Notes: a model not told the origin generated them from the sequence alone. DNA of 55,078 nucleotides from an uncultured Porphyromonadaceae bacterium (GCA_947176205.1 CAMWPX010000001.1:1-55078); one strand, 5' to 3'. Counted from the stretch's first letter, positions 1 through 9,094 are shown. Numbers and translations are program-made.

Positions 1-86
1 GTCATGGTTAATTGTTAAAGAGAAAATTCAGTTGACAAATTTTCCTCAGATAATTTCAAAAGATAAGTTACGCCTCAGAGCATTAA

Positions 87-1037
87 TTATTTCGGTTTAA
101 TTATTTTAATAGGGAATTTATATACCTGCATCTGCGAATCCTTTTTTCTCACCTTTCCCATCCATTCATTGAATTTTTTAAAATCTGTTTCACGTGGCAT
201 AAGATTTACATTTTGACCTTCAATCCGAATATTTTTCTCGGATGTTTTATTCTCCTTAGTATTCGCTTTAGAGAATTCATTTGGAGAAAACACAATATAT
301 ACTACATTTAAGTCCAATTTTTTACGTGCATACATCTTTAATCCACCCGCTATATCCACATATTGCGGTTCAGCATGCTGTCGTGAAAAAAACACATATT
401 CTTTATCAGCTTCTATACGATAAGCTCCCTCTTGCTGCCCTTCATATGGCAATATGGCTTGCATTGTATTTTTTGAATCATCATCTTGCAGATAAATAGT
501 CAGCCATCCACTGACGGGAGAATTAAAATACACGTAAAAATTATCTCCATCATAATACTCAAAACCTCTCAGCAAATTTCTGTCCCTATCACAACCGTTA
601 CATAACAATCGTACATCCAAGTCTATTTTCTGATGTTCAATACGTCGGGCTTCTCCTTTTACCTTCACACTATATAACATGCCATACTTCGTAGACTTTT
701 CAGAAACGATTTCAGGCTCCTTAAGGTCCCGAATCCATTCGCCATTGGTATCTGTCTGCGAAACCGTCAGAATAGATGTCTCTGTATGCCCTCCTTCTTG
801 TCGGTCAACCATTATGTTACTTGAGCCATGTTGCACTCCGAAAGCATCTTTCAATAGCTTTATTCTGGCATACTCAATAGCTTTTAGTTTTGCCTCTGCC
901 GGTGTTAAATAATCTGATACAGTACACTCTATCTCGCCTTTTAAAGTAATTATGTCATCATTCCCAGCTAAAACCGGGAATGATGACATAATTAATAGGA
1001 GTACCCAATTACAGCGTTGTATTATATGTCGTATCAT
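87..1037 (-). CDS. Secreted DUF4384-like protein with N-terminal LPP20/FlgT-N-like segment
   Basis: Signal peptide (..SFPVLA-G). N-terminal TPAEAKLKAIEYARIKLLKDAFG helix motif. C-terminal YDGDNFYVYFNSPVSGWLTIYL..ILPY..IEADKEYVFF pattern typical of DUF4384. Confidence 0.6.
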   Translation of the reverse strand: MIRHIIQRCNWVLLLIMSSFPVLAGNDDIITLKGEIECTVSDYLTPAEAKLKAIEYARIKLLKDAFGVQHGSSNIMVDRQEGGHTETSILTVSQTDTNGEWIRDLKEPEIVSEKSTKYGMLYSVKVKGEARRIEHQKIDLDVRLLCNGCDRDRNLLRGFEYYDGDNFYVYFNSPVSGWLTIYLQDDDSKNTMQAILPYEGQQEGAYRIEADKEYVFFSRQHAEPQYVDIAGGLKMYARKKLDLNVVYIVFSPNEFSKANTKENKTSEKNIRIEGQNVNLMPRETDFKKFNEWMGKVRKKDSQMQVYKFPIKIIKPK

Positions 1038-1714
1038 TCAGCTGTTGAGGTCTCTCCCTCTGTATTAAGCCTATCCATGGCATCCATCAAAACTTTCTGT
1101 AATGCCGGATCTTCTGTTTCTGTACTATTGAGCAATGCTTTTGCTGTTTCTTCTTCTGCCAACTTGCGGTCATATGCCAAAACCACAGTAGCTTCATAAA
1201 AACCGGGCTTATTCTTAGCCTCACGTATCATATTCACCACTGGTTCTGTACCGCTTAGCTTTTTTTCTATTACTGACATGGCATTACTTTTTGCATCATT
1301 CAAAGTTTTTGATGATGTTTTCTCAACCACTGTATTCAGTTTAATCGCTGCAGCCACTTTCTGCTCAAGGGAGCCGGCAATATTTTTGATTGAGCGTTCA
1401 CGAGCAAATTCTATGGCAGCTCCGGGATCATCGGTTACAAATGTACCATAACCCATAAGATAAATACGGCGCCCTTTATCATCTCTCATAAATTCCAGTA
1501 CCGTGCGCTCAAATATCTGATCCTCTATCATGGCACTCCCGCCATACGATTCCCATCCTTGTTTCTTTTTTTCTTTAGCTTCTTTTTTAGCTCGCTTCTC
1601 AATTTTATTTTCTTTGATTACACGTGTTCGCATATTTGACATGTCCTGTGCTAAAACGGACATAGTGGGAATACACAAAATTGCAACAACTATAGATACT
1701 ATTATTTTTTTCAT
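1034..1714 (-). CDS. Secreted LPP20-like hypothetical protein
   Basis: Signal peptide (..SVLA-Q). KRAKKEAKEKKKQGW and AAIEFARERSIKNIAGSLEQKV motifs resemble Bacteroidales LPP20-like proteins. 4-bp overlap with the downstream gene. Confidence 0.5.
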   Translation of the reverse strand: MKKIIVSIVVAILCIPTMSVLAQDMSNMRTRVIKENKIEKRAKKEAKEKKKQGWESYGGSAMIEDQIFERTVLEFMRDDKGRRIYLMGYGTFVTDDPGAAIEFARERSIKNIAGSLEQKVAAAIKLNTVVEKTSSKTLNDAKSNAMSVIEKKLSGTEPVVNMIREAKNKPGFYEATVVLAYDRKLAEEETAKALLNSTETEDPALQKVLMDAMDRLNTEGETSTAE

Positions 1715-1744
1715 ATACGTATATATTAATATTTGCTGTTTTTA

Positions 1745-2491
1745 TTAAAATACATAACCTGCACCAACCTGAATAATATGATTGGAATCTGTAAAATCAG
1801 TAGTTAATGTATATCCAAAGGATAAATTAAAGTGTTCTGATGGACGTAGAATGTATCCCAAATCCACTGCCATACCTGATTTTGTCTCTAAATGAGAATA
1901 TTCATAATATTCCTCCCTATCATAATATTCATTATAATAATAACCGCTATACTTCTCCATACCGTGAATATTACCATAACCGATACCTAAAAATAAGAAT
2001 GATGACAGTTTATGAATACTTTTAATAACTCCGACTGTACCTATCATAGGAGTACTTGCGTAACCTACTTCAAAACCCCATTTTGCATAATATCCCCATT
2101 TACCTAACTGACCACCCATAAACCCGACAAACGGGCCATTATCAACAAACCCCCAAAAGCCTATATTTACATTGATGAAGAAGGGATGCTGATTCTGTGG
2201 ATTGAGGGTAAAAATCATATCAGAATTAAAATCAGGCTTAAGTGTTTTACTTTTTAGTCCGGAATATGATGCTGTCAACTTTTTCAATAGTGGATGCACA
2301 TTCATGTTGAATGAACCATCAGCATCAGTAATCACAGATTCTCCCCCGCCAGCTGCATTTACCTCTGCTCCGGGGAGTGGGCTACCGTTCTTATCTACCA
2401 CATAACCTTTCACGTTACGATATACACTCTGTGCCTCAACACTACCTACTGCTATAATAGCAAATAGGACAAAATAAATAATTCGTTTCAT
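1745..2491 (-). CDS. CarboxypepD_reg-like domain plus small outer-membrane beta-barrel
   Basis: Signal peptide. VKGYVVDKNGSPLPGAEV..TDADGSF motif. Amphipathic beta strands ending in the beta-signal GAGYVF. ATG at 2491 preferred over TTG at 2497. Confidence 0.7.
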   Translation of the reverse strand: MKRIIYFVLFAIIAVGSVEAQSVYRNVKGYVVDKNGSPLPGAEVNAAGGGESVITDADGSFNMNVHPLLKKLTASYSGLKSKTLKPDFNSDMIFTLNPQNQHPFFINVNIGFWGFVDNGPFVGFMGGQLGKWGYYAKWGFEVGYASTPMIGTVGVIKSIHKLSSFLFLGIGYGNIHGMEKYSGYYYNEYYDREEYYEYSHLETKSGMAVDLGYILRPSEHFNLSFGYTLTTDFTDSNHIIQVGAGYVF

Positions 2492-2525
2492 TGTCAAATT
2501 TTAACTTAATTATATTAGTAAATTA

Positions 2526-4499
2526 TCAATCAAAAAGGTTGCGCGATTTCCATGTTGACCCAAGAGCCTCAGAGGCTTTGACTGTAGGAGTCTGAGTTGC
2601 CCCAAGTTTATTTTGTACTTCAAAAGCTACATTTTCCGACAACTTTTGGGAAAGTGTCTCCAGTGTAATTTTTCCTCTGCTTTCTTGCAATGCTTTCAGA
2701 AGAAAATATGTAAAAAATCCATGACCTTTTTCTTTGTATGGATTTGCCAGTTGTGAGCCCGTTCCAGCACTGAATACAACCGTATGACCTTTAGCTGCTA
2801 CATCTGCCGCATCCCGAGCAACATAACGAGCTGAATAAATAGACCTTCCGTCACGACCTTGACCTGAAAAACAAGCATCGAGAAAAACTGTTATATTCTT
2901 CGTTTTCATCTTATCAAAATCAGCATACAATTTATCCAGAGCGAACATCGATTCCGGATTTCTTCCATCTGAATCAATGGGAACTAAGTAACTATTTTCT
3001 CCAATTTGGTCGGGCATTCCATGTCCTGCATAAAAAAATATTACATTAAACATACCCGGTTTAATATCGGTCAAATCTTTTATATTGCTAAATGCCTGTT
3101 TCATATTCAAGTATGTAGCATCCGGATAATATTTCACACGGTCTTCCGGAATTCCAAGTACTTTTTTACAATATTCAACCATCATCTCCCCATCACGCAG
3201 TGCAAAATCCACTTTGGATGTTACTTTATTGGCATAATTCTCATTTGATATAATAAGAGCTAAAGTATTTTCATTAAGCAATCCTACAGTTGGAATATTT
3301 ATATCAACATCTGATATTATTTTTTCTTCAACTCCGTTAGCAATATCTACCGTTGTAGATTGGGCTGCTGTAGCATAGTTTAACGAAGGGGTATAACTTT
3401 GTACCAAAGTGGGTAAAGCGCTGTAATCCACTTTAGGTACATTAAGATTATTGAGGACTCGGTTAGTTTCTTCCAAACGCACAGCTTCATTATTCACACT
3501 ATAACAGAACGCTAAGGCTCGTGCGACATTAGCCGCATAGGGCGTGTTATTTAGCACTGTTTGCAATTGGGCTGCCGATTTTTTATACAACATCTTTGCC
3601 TCATTCATTGCTCTTTCATCCCCATTCTTTTTAGCACGTACATATATTAATGTAGCCGCGTTATAACAATCGAATCCAAGATGTGTAATATGGTCAAGAG
3701 TGGCTCCCGGTAAAGCACATAAGCGAGCAAAGCTATGAGTCGCTTTGTCATATTTTCGCTGGCGTTCATATAGCTTTCCCTGATATTCGAGTAATCCTAT
3801 ATGCTCGGGTTGCAATCGCAATGCCTTTTCAAGTAACTCTCCCATTTCAAGGTCATTACCATTATATCCGGCTGCTTCAATTCCTATTACAAGAATATTC
3901 CAGTTATTCGGATATTCTATTGCCCCTTGATAGGCAATATTTGCAGCGGCGCCATAAGCTTTTTGTTCAAAATGACACCGGGATAAACCTTCAAAAGCAA
4001 TCTCTCTGGAAGCAGGGTCTTTACTTTCTAGATAGGCTTCAAAATATCTTATTGAGCTATCATATTGCCGACGATTAAACATATTAGTAGCAGCTAAATT
4101 TGCCAATGTGCCAAATCGAGGTGACAACATCAATGAATCTTTACTTAGACACGGTTGAATAGCTACGTCCACATACATACAGGCATATTTCAACACCTCT
4201 TCCTGATTACCTTTAGAGGCATAATAGTATGCCGCATCAGCAAGACGTGGATATATTTCTTTTAATGCTATTTTACATTTAGTATATATTTCAGAATCAG
4301 ACCGTTCCCCAGCTACAGCTGAAGTAAAACCCTGTGCAGCCGCATAGAGTGATTGATATGCCTTATCATCGGGATTTCTACTCGAAACAATATTACGAAA
4401 ATTCATCAAATTTGTCTGCGAAGCGGATAAATCTATAGCCCCCCAAGCCTTAAATGTGGTGAAAAATAGAATCAATGATATTAATATTTTGTATTGCAT
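2526..4499 (-). CDS. Secreted TPR-repeat caspase-family (peptidase C14) protein
   Basis: Signal peptide (..KAWGA). Helical TPR-like repeats. C-terminal ALIISNENY, FFYAGHG (His), FLDACFSG (Cys), HGFFTYFLLKAL and QTP motifs. Confidence 0.9.
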   Translation of the reverse strand: MQYKILISLILFFTTFKAWGAIDLSASQTNLMNFRNIVSSRNPDDKAYQSLYAAAQGFTSAVAGERSDSEIYTKCKIALKEIYPRLADAAYYYASKGNQEEVLKYACMYVDVAIQPCLSKDSLMLSPRFGTLANLAATNMFNRRQYDSSIRYFEAYLESKDPASREIAFEGLSRCHFEQKAYGAAANIAYQGAIEYPNNWNILVIGIEAAGYNGNDLEMGELLEKALRLQPEHIGLLEYQGKLYERQRKYDKATHSFARLCALPGATLDHITHLGFDCYNAATLIYVRAKKNGDERAMNEAKMLYKKSAAQLQTVLNNTPYAANVARALAFCYSVNNEAVRLEETNRVLNNLNVPKVDYSALPTLVQSYTPSLNYATAAQSTTVDIANGVEEKIISDVDINIPTVGLLNENTLALIISNENYANKVTSKVDFALRDGEMMVEYCKKVLGIPEDRVKYYPDATYLNMKQAFSNIKDLTDIKPGMFNVIFFYAGHGMPDQIGENSYLVPIDSDGRNPESMFALDKLYADFDKMKTKNITVFLDACFSGQGRDGRSIYSARYVARDAADVAAKGHTVVFSAGTGSQLANPYKEKGHGFFTYFLLKALQESRGKITLETLSQKLSENVAFEVQNKLGATQTPTVKASEALGSTWKSRNLFD

Positions 4500-4511
4500 A
4501 GCAGTCCCTTA

Positions 4512-6578
4512 TTAAAATGCATCTATAAACTCAAGCGATACACTGATTTTTCTGAATTGAGCACCCTTTTCTTTCGCCACCTCTATATTGTGACGATAAC
4601 CTACATTCATTGTTGCAAGTTCGGGTAGAAGTTCAGACATTTTTTTCTGCACTGCCTGTGCCCGCATAAATCCAAGTTCCTCATTAGATTGTATCCCGCT
4701 ATTATGATTTACCGAAATTGTTGTCAATGCACCATTTACTTTACACGGTTCCTCGTCAAATTCTCCAAGAAAACCATCATAGGATATCGCTCTGTTTACA
4801 GGCATAGCATCGGCACTACCGGTAATATGAATTATAAGTTCTTTTCCGGGCACAATATAATTGGCAAATTCGGAAATAAACGCCTGACGAATAATCTGTA
4901 ACATAGACTCGGCGGCATGAGAATCCTCGACCCGATATTTCCCAGGCGGAAAATCTTCCGTTGCTGACCCTTCTGCATCAACTTCATAAGCAAAGTCAAC
5001 TACATAATTACGTATGCGGCGACCGGTAGCATCAACACCAACCTCAATACGTGTATCTACGTTAAGCTTTGTATGGTCAGAAATACGATTTGCTGCACGT
5101 GCTTCTTCCATTATTCTATCTTTTATATCCTGCAGAATAACATCCTGACGTGAGGATTGGAGTATGAGGTCAAGTGAAACAAACCCGTCATCTGTATTTA
5201 GAAAATCAAGATTTTGCCCGTCGAGATTATCAAATATGTACGTTTTACCATTAGTGGGGTTGAATACTTCAACATATATGAGCTTGAAGGTATTTTCTTG
5301 AGTTACCATATAGACCTGATTGCTGAATTGTAAATTATTACCATCTCCAAATCCAGGCATATCTTCTACTGGAACTTTCAAATATATATCCGGTAAATTA
5401 TTTCCCAATGATATTATAAGCGTACCGTCCGATGGATTATAACGACCCAGCGTAACCATCCCGAAGTTTCCTAAACCCGCTGTAAGTGCAAGTTTACTAG
5501 ATTCTTGTCGGACGAATAATTCTCGTTGCCTGCTTATACTCTCTTCGTTGACACGCTGTCTGTATTCAACTTCTGTTTCACCAGGACGCATTTTAATCCA
5601 TTCAGACATCAATGCTTCTACTTTCTTATTAATTAATAATATATAGTTTTGTGAAAAACCTGTAAGTTCGCGATAACGGATATTTGTATCCGTAACACTC
5701 GCTAAATACATATTATTATGATTATCAAACACAAATCGAGCATCACTTACCCCCGTTTCATACACTGAAGGTTGGTCAGACAAATCATGGAGGTTAATAA
5801 ATTGCACACGATTACCATCAGCAACAAAACCGGCATAGTTTTCCTCCGGGTGAAAAAACAAATGCGATGTTGTTGATGCAATATCCTCACATTTCTTTAT
5901 AGGTTTAAAATCAGCCGTGGAATATATTTCGAGTTTCCCATTAACACCCAGTAATCCAATACATTCGGATGATGCAGTGAAAGCTACGGATGTAGGGACT
6001 GAAACGGGAAATGATTGACGGAGAGTACCTGCATTAAGATTATACACATCCACTCTATTTTCATATACTACAGCAATATAGTAACCATTGTCACTAACAA
6101 CCAATTCACTTGGCATATCATCTCCAATTGCAAAATTTCTATGAAGTACAAGTGTTTTAGAATCAATCAACTTAATATTTCCTTTATCAGCAACTATCAA
6201 ATGACGACTATCAGGTGAATAACATATTGCTGACGGTGAAACCAATCCTTTAATTTCTCTTCCCGATATATTTGAATTAAGTGCATTAATAGTCACTTTT
6301 GTCTTGTTTTTTTTACCCCAAAGCATTGCATAGGAATAGCCAGCAGGATTAACTTTTATTGCCTGAATTTTATTGCCTAATGAAGCTATTTCATAACCTT
6401 TGAGATTATACGCTTTTTTATTGTTAGTAAAATATATTGAATACCGATAATTATCTATAAGTTCCGGCTTAATATTCTGACCATATTTCATCATTTTATC
6501 TACCATTATTTGCCCTGTGACAGATGGACTTGCCAAAATAATAGACATAGTAAGAAGGAAATATTTGTACCTACGCAT
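4512..6578 (-). CDS. Secreted WD40 beta-propeller protein with C-terminal OmpA-like domain
   Basis: Probable ATG at 6578 (MRRYKYFLL..) with signal peptide. Propeller blades (AICYSPDSRHLIV, LVVSDNGYYIAV, VAFTASSECIG). C-terminal ITGSADAMP..NEELGFMRAQAV..FRKISV resembles the OmpA_C fold. Confidence 0.65.
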   Translation of the reverse strand: MRRYKYFLLTMSIILASPSVTGQIMVDKMMKYGQNIKPELIDNYRYSIYFTNNKKAYNLKGYEIASLGNKIQAIKVNPAGYSYAMLWGKKNKTKVTINALNSNISGREIKGLVSPSAICYSPDSRHLIVADKGNIKLIDSKTLVLHRNFAIGDDMPSELVVSDNGYYIAVVYENRVDVYNLNAGTLRQSFPVSVPTSVAFTASSECIGLLGVNGKLEIYSTADFKPIKKCEDIASTTSHLFFHPEENYAGFVADGNRVQFINLHDLSDQPSVYETGVSDARFVFDNHNNMYLASVTDTNIRYRELTGFSQNYILLINKKVEALMSEWIKMRPGETEVEYRQRVNEESISRQRELFVRQESSKLALTAGLGNFGMVTLGRYNPSDGTLIISLGNNLPDIYLKVPVEDMPGFGDGNNLQFSNQVYMVTQENTFKLIYVEVFNPTNGKTYIFDNLDGQNLDFLNTDDGFVSLDLILQSSRQDVILQDIKDRIMEEARAANRISDHTKLNVDTRIEVGVDATGRRIRNYVVDFAYEVDAEGSATEDFPPGKYRVEDSHAAESMLQIIRQAFISEFANYIVPGKELIIHITGSADAMPVNRAISYDGFLGEFDEEPCKVNGALTTISVNHNSGIQSNEELGFMRAQAVQKKMSELLPELATMNVGYRHNIEVAKEKGAQFRKISVSLEFIDAF

Positions 6579-6601
6579 AGCTGAGTGATTATGATTCGGA
6601 G

Positions 6602-6635
6602 CAAAATTACACAAAAGTTAACAATTACCCCCCCC
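6602..6635 (-). promoter_or_regulatory. Putative island promoter: -7 box TAATTTTG with a G8 tract near the -33 position
   Basis: CAAAATTA at 6602-6609 reads TAATTTTG on the minus strand. C8 run at 6628-6635 lies 18 nt upstream. Confidence 0.45.
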
Positions 6636-6736
6636 ATTAGTTAAATATAATTAAAACAATCAATCGTAAATAATTTTACAGCCGAAGTCAATACTGATGA
6701 CACTGCTGTACTAAGCAAGAAATTTTTCCAAAAAAA

Positions 6737-6790
6737 TTTGTATAACTAAAATTTTAGTTATAGCTTTGCAGCGTAACTAAGGTTTTAGTT
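6737..6790 (+). promoter_or_regulatory. blaI promoter with two BlaI-type operators
   Basis: TTTG at 6737-6740, 20-nt spacer, TAGCTTTG at 6761-6768. Perfect 22-bp palindrome TATAACTAAAATTTTAGTTATA at 6741-6762. Second AACTAA-N4-TTAGTT at 6775-6790. Confidence 0.8.
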
Positions 6791-6791
6791 T

Positions 6792-7172
6792 ATGATGAAT
6801 CAGAAAAAGAAACTTACTGAAAAGGAGTCGGCTATCATGAAGCTGCTCTGGGAGCATGGAGCGATGTTTGTTCGCGAGATGCTCACTTACTATGATGAGC
6901 CGCGTCCGCACTTCAACACCGTAAGCACTACGGTGCGTATTCTTGAGGATAAAGGATTCGTGACTCACGAGGCTGTAGGCTCTTCATACCGCTATAAAGC
7001 CACAGTGTCGCCCGAATATTTCCGCTCACGTACTCTCAGTCAGGTGGTACGTGATTACTTCAGCAATAGTTACACTCAGGCGGTGTCGTCACTCGTGGAG
7101 GAAGAGAAGGTGTCGGTGGACGAACTGCGTGAAATTATCGCCATAATCGAACGTCGCAAAAATCAATCATGA
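6792..7172 (+). CDS. BlaI/MecI/CopY family transcriptional repressor
   Basis: LTEKESAIMKLLW..HFNTVSTTVRILEDKGFV..YFSNSY winged-helix signature. Confidence 0.93.
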   Translation: MMNQKKKLTEKESAIMKLLWEHGAMFVREMLTYYDEPRPHFNTVSTTVRILEDKGFVTHEAVGSSYRYKATVSPEYFRSRTLSQVVRDYFSNSYTQAVSSLVEEEKVSVDELREIIAIIERRKNQS

Positions 7173-8458
7173 CCATGGGACTTCTGCTTGCTTACTCCAT
7201 ATATGGCGGGGTGTTTCTCGCTTTCGGCTACACGGCTTACCGATGGCTGCTGGCCCGACATAAATACGGTATCATCAACCGCCGGTGTCTGCTCGGCATC
7301 TACATGACTGCCCTGCTCGCCATGCCGCTTATCATGTCAGCCTCTCACCTGCTGACGGCTACAGACAGCGTCCAAGGAGCAATAATCGCTGACACTCCCG
7401 CTCTTCAGGGAGTCGTCACCCAACCTGCAGGCGAACTGCGGATTATGTCGTGGCTTATTTGGATATATGCTGCGGGATGCTCGGCTGTAGTGCTGCACTT
7501 CATATACGGACTGGTGCGTCTGCATCTTATCATAGCTTCAGGTGCAAAGGAGAAGTATGGCGACTGTACATTAGTGCGTATAGCCGGGTGCCGTACGCCA
7601 TTCAGCTACGGACGCTATATAGTAATCGGCACACATGAGCATGCACAGACTATGATTATAGCGCATGAGATGGCTCACATCACCCAACAGCACCGGATTG
7701 ACCTGTGGATTGCCCAGGCTGTGTGCACTCTGATGTGGTACAACCCCACGGCATGGCTCATGCGTAACCAGCTGCGGGATGTACATGAATATCTTGCCGA
7801 CGAAGAAGTAATCCGCCAAGGACATGACGTAATCAAATATCAGGAACTATTAATAGAAAAGGCTATCGGTACGAGGTTGCAGCCGTTGACCAATAGCCTG
7901 AATCAAAGTAACATTTATAAACGTATCACTATGATGTACAAAAAGACTCCTTCAGGCGCTACGCGCCTGCGTGTGCTGGGTCTGATGCCCGCACTGATTA
8001 TGGCGGCAACCGTATGTGTTGCATCGCCCGTAGCTTCCACTGTCAACCTTGCTGCCGCCACTTCTATGGCAGAAGCATCGCTGAACTCAAGCAAAGTTAC
8101 ACAAATTTCCGAATCCGCCCAACCCGGCGCTGATTCGGATGTGGAAAAAGCCCCTTACAAACTTGCTTCGTTCAATGGCGGAGAATCCGAACTCATCAAC
8201 TTCCTGATTGAAAACATTCATTATCCCGAGGAGGCACTCAAGGCCGGCGAAGAGGGTAAGGTAATAGTCAAATTCGTGGTGGAAACCGACGGCTCGATTT
8301 CCAATGTGGAAATTACGAAGAGCGTGACCCCTGCTCTTGACAAAGAAGCCATACGTGTGGTTAACTCGATGCCACGGTGGACTCCGGCTTTCAATAAGGA
8401 GGGACAACCCGTACGCTGCTTCTATATCCTTCCGGTATCATTCAAAGCCAAACGTTGA
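7169..8458 (+). CDS. M56 (BlaR1-like) metallopeptidase fused to TonB C-terminal domain
   Basis: TM helices. AHEMAHI (HExxH), WYNP, HEYLAD, KRITMM. C-terminal YPEEALKAGEEGKVIVKFVVETDGSI..LDKEAIRVV..WTPA. Confidence 0.9.
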   Translation: MTMGLLLAYSIYGGVFLAFGYTAYRWLLARHKYGIINRRCLLGIYMTALLAMPLIMSASHLLTATDSVQGAIIADTPALQGVVTQPAGELRIMSWLIWIYAAGCSAVVLHFIYGLVRLHLIIASGAKEKYGDCTLVRIAGCRTPFSYGRYIVIGTHEHAQTMIIAHEMAHITQQHRIDLWIAQAVCTLMWYNPTAWLMRNQLRDVHEYLADEEVIRQGHDVIKYQELLIEKAIGTRLQPLTNSLNQSNIYKRITMMYKKTPSGATRLRVLGLMPALIMAATVCVASPVASTVNLAAATSMAEASLNSSKVTQISESAQPGADSDVEKAPYKLASFNGGESELINFLIENIHYPEEALKAGEEGKVIVKFVVETDGSISNVEITKSVTPALDKEAIRVVNSMPRWTPAFNKEGQPVRCFYILPVSFKAKR

Positions 8459-8497
8459 TACTCAGGTCATACTAATCACTTAAGGCATATAACTGAA

Positions 8498-8531
8498 AGG
8501 ACCGATTCCCTGTAAAATGAGAATCGGTCCT
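8498..8531. terminator. Hairpin between convergent genes (probable bidirectional terminator)
   Basis: AGGACCGATTC-N12-GAATCGGTCCT. Confidence 0.65.
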
Positions 8532-8536
8532 ATGCT

Positions 8537-9094
8537 TTATTCCTCCCGTGGCAAGAGTGAGCGGAGTTCGCCCGTGTAACTGTCCATGACGAATCCCTGT
8601 ACTTTGACTCCCTCAGGGGGCATAAGCGGATGATGGGCTATAAGGTCGACAGTTTCATGCACGGCGGCATCGGTATCCTCAAATCCATGCAGCCACTCGC
8701 GGAGATTGATACCGCAATGTTCCATAAGATTGATATGCTCCTCGCTCACACCGCGTTCTTTCATAAGGTACAGCATCTCGCCGGCATCCATGCCCTGCAC
8801 ACCGCAACCCGTGTGACCTATCACCATTATCTCGTTGACACCAAGTTCATACACGGCTATAAGCAGCGAACGCATAGTGGAGTCAAACGGATTGACTATC
8901 GTGGCTCCTGCATTCTTTATTATCTTGACATCGCCGTTACGGAAGCCTAATGCTGCGGGGAGCAGCTCGATAAGGCGCGTATCCATACAGGTGACTATGG
9001 CTATCTTCTTATCGGGGTACTTGCTTGTGGCAAACCGTTCGTAACCACGATTACGCACAAATTCCTCGTTGAATTTCTTTATTTCCTGAATCAT
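8537..9094 (-). CDS. Beta-class carbonic anhydrase
   Basis: TCMDTRL, KNAGA and GHTGCG zinc-ligand motifs. Confidence 0.92.
   Translation of the reverse strand: MIQEIKKFNEEFVRNRGYERFATSKYPDKKIAIVTCMDTRLIELLPAALGFRNGDVKIIKNAGATIVNPFDSTMRSLLIAVYELGVNEIMVIGHTGCGVQGMDAGEMLYLMKERGVSEEHINLMEHCGINLREWLHGFEDTDAAVHETVDLIAHHPLMPPEGVKVQGFVMDSYTGELRSLLPREE

Larger units (their letters stand above)
1..6670. mobile_element. AT-rich accessory island carrying a secreted caspase operon (left boundary outside window)
   Basis: Visibly lower GC and AT-rich codon usage versus genes from 6792 onward. Five co-oriented minus-strand genes. A further minus-strand ATG at 5..3 suggests the operon continues. No integrase in the window. 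Confidence 0.6.
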
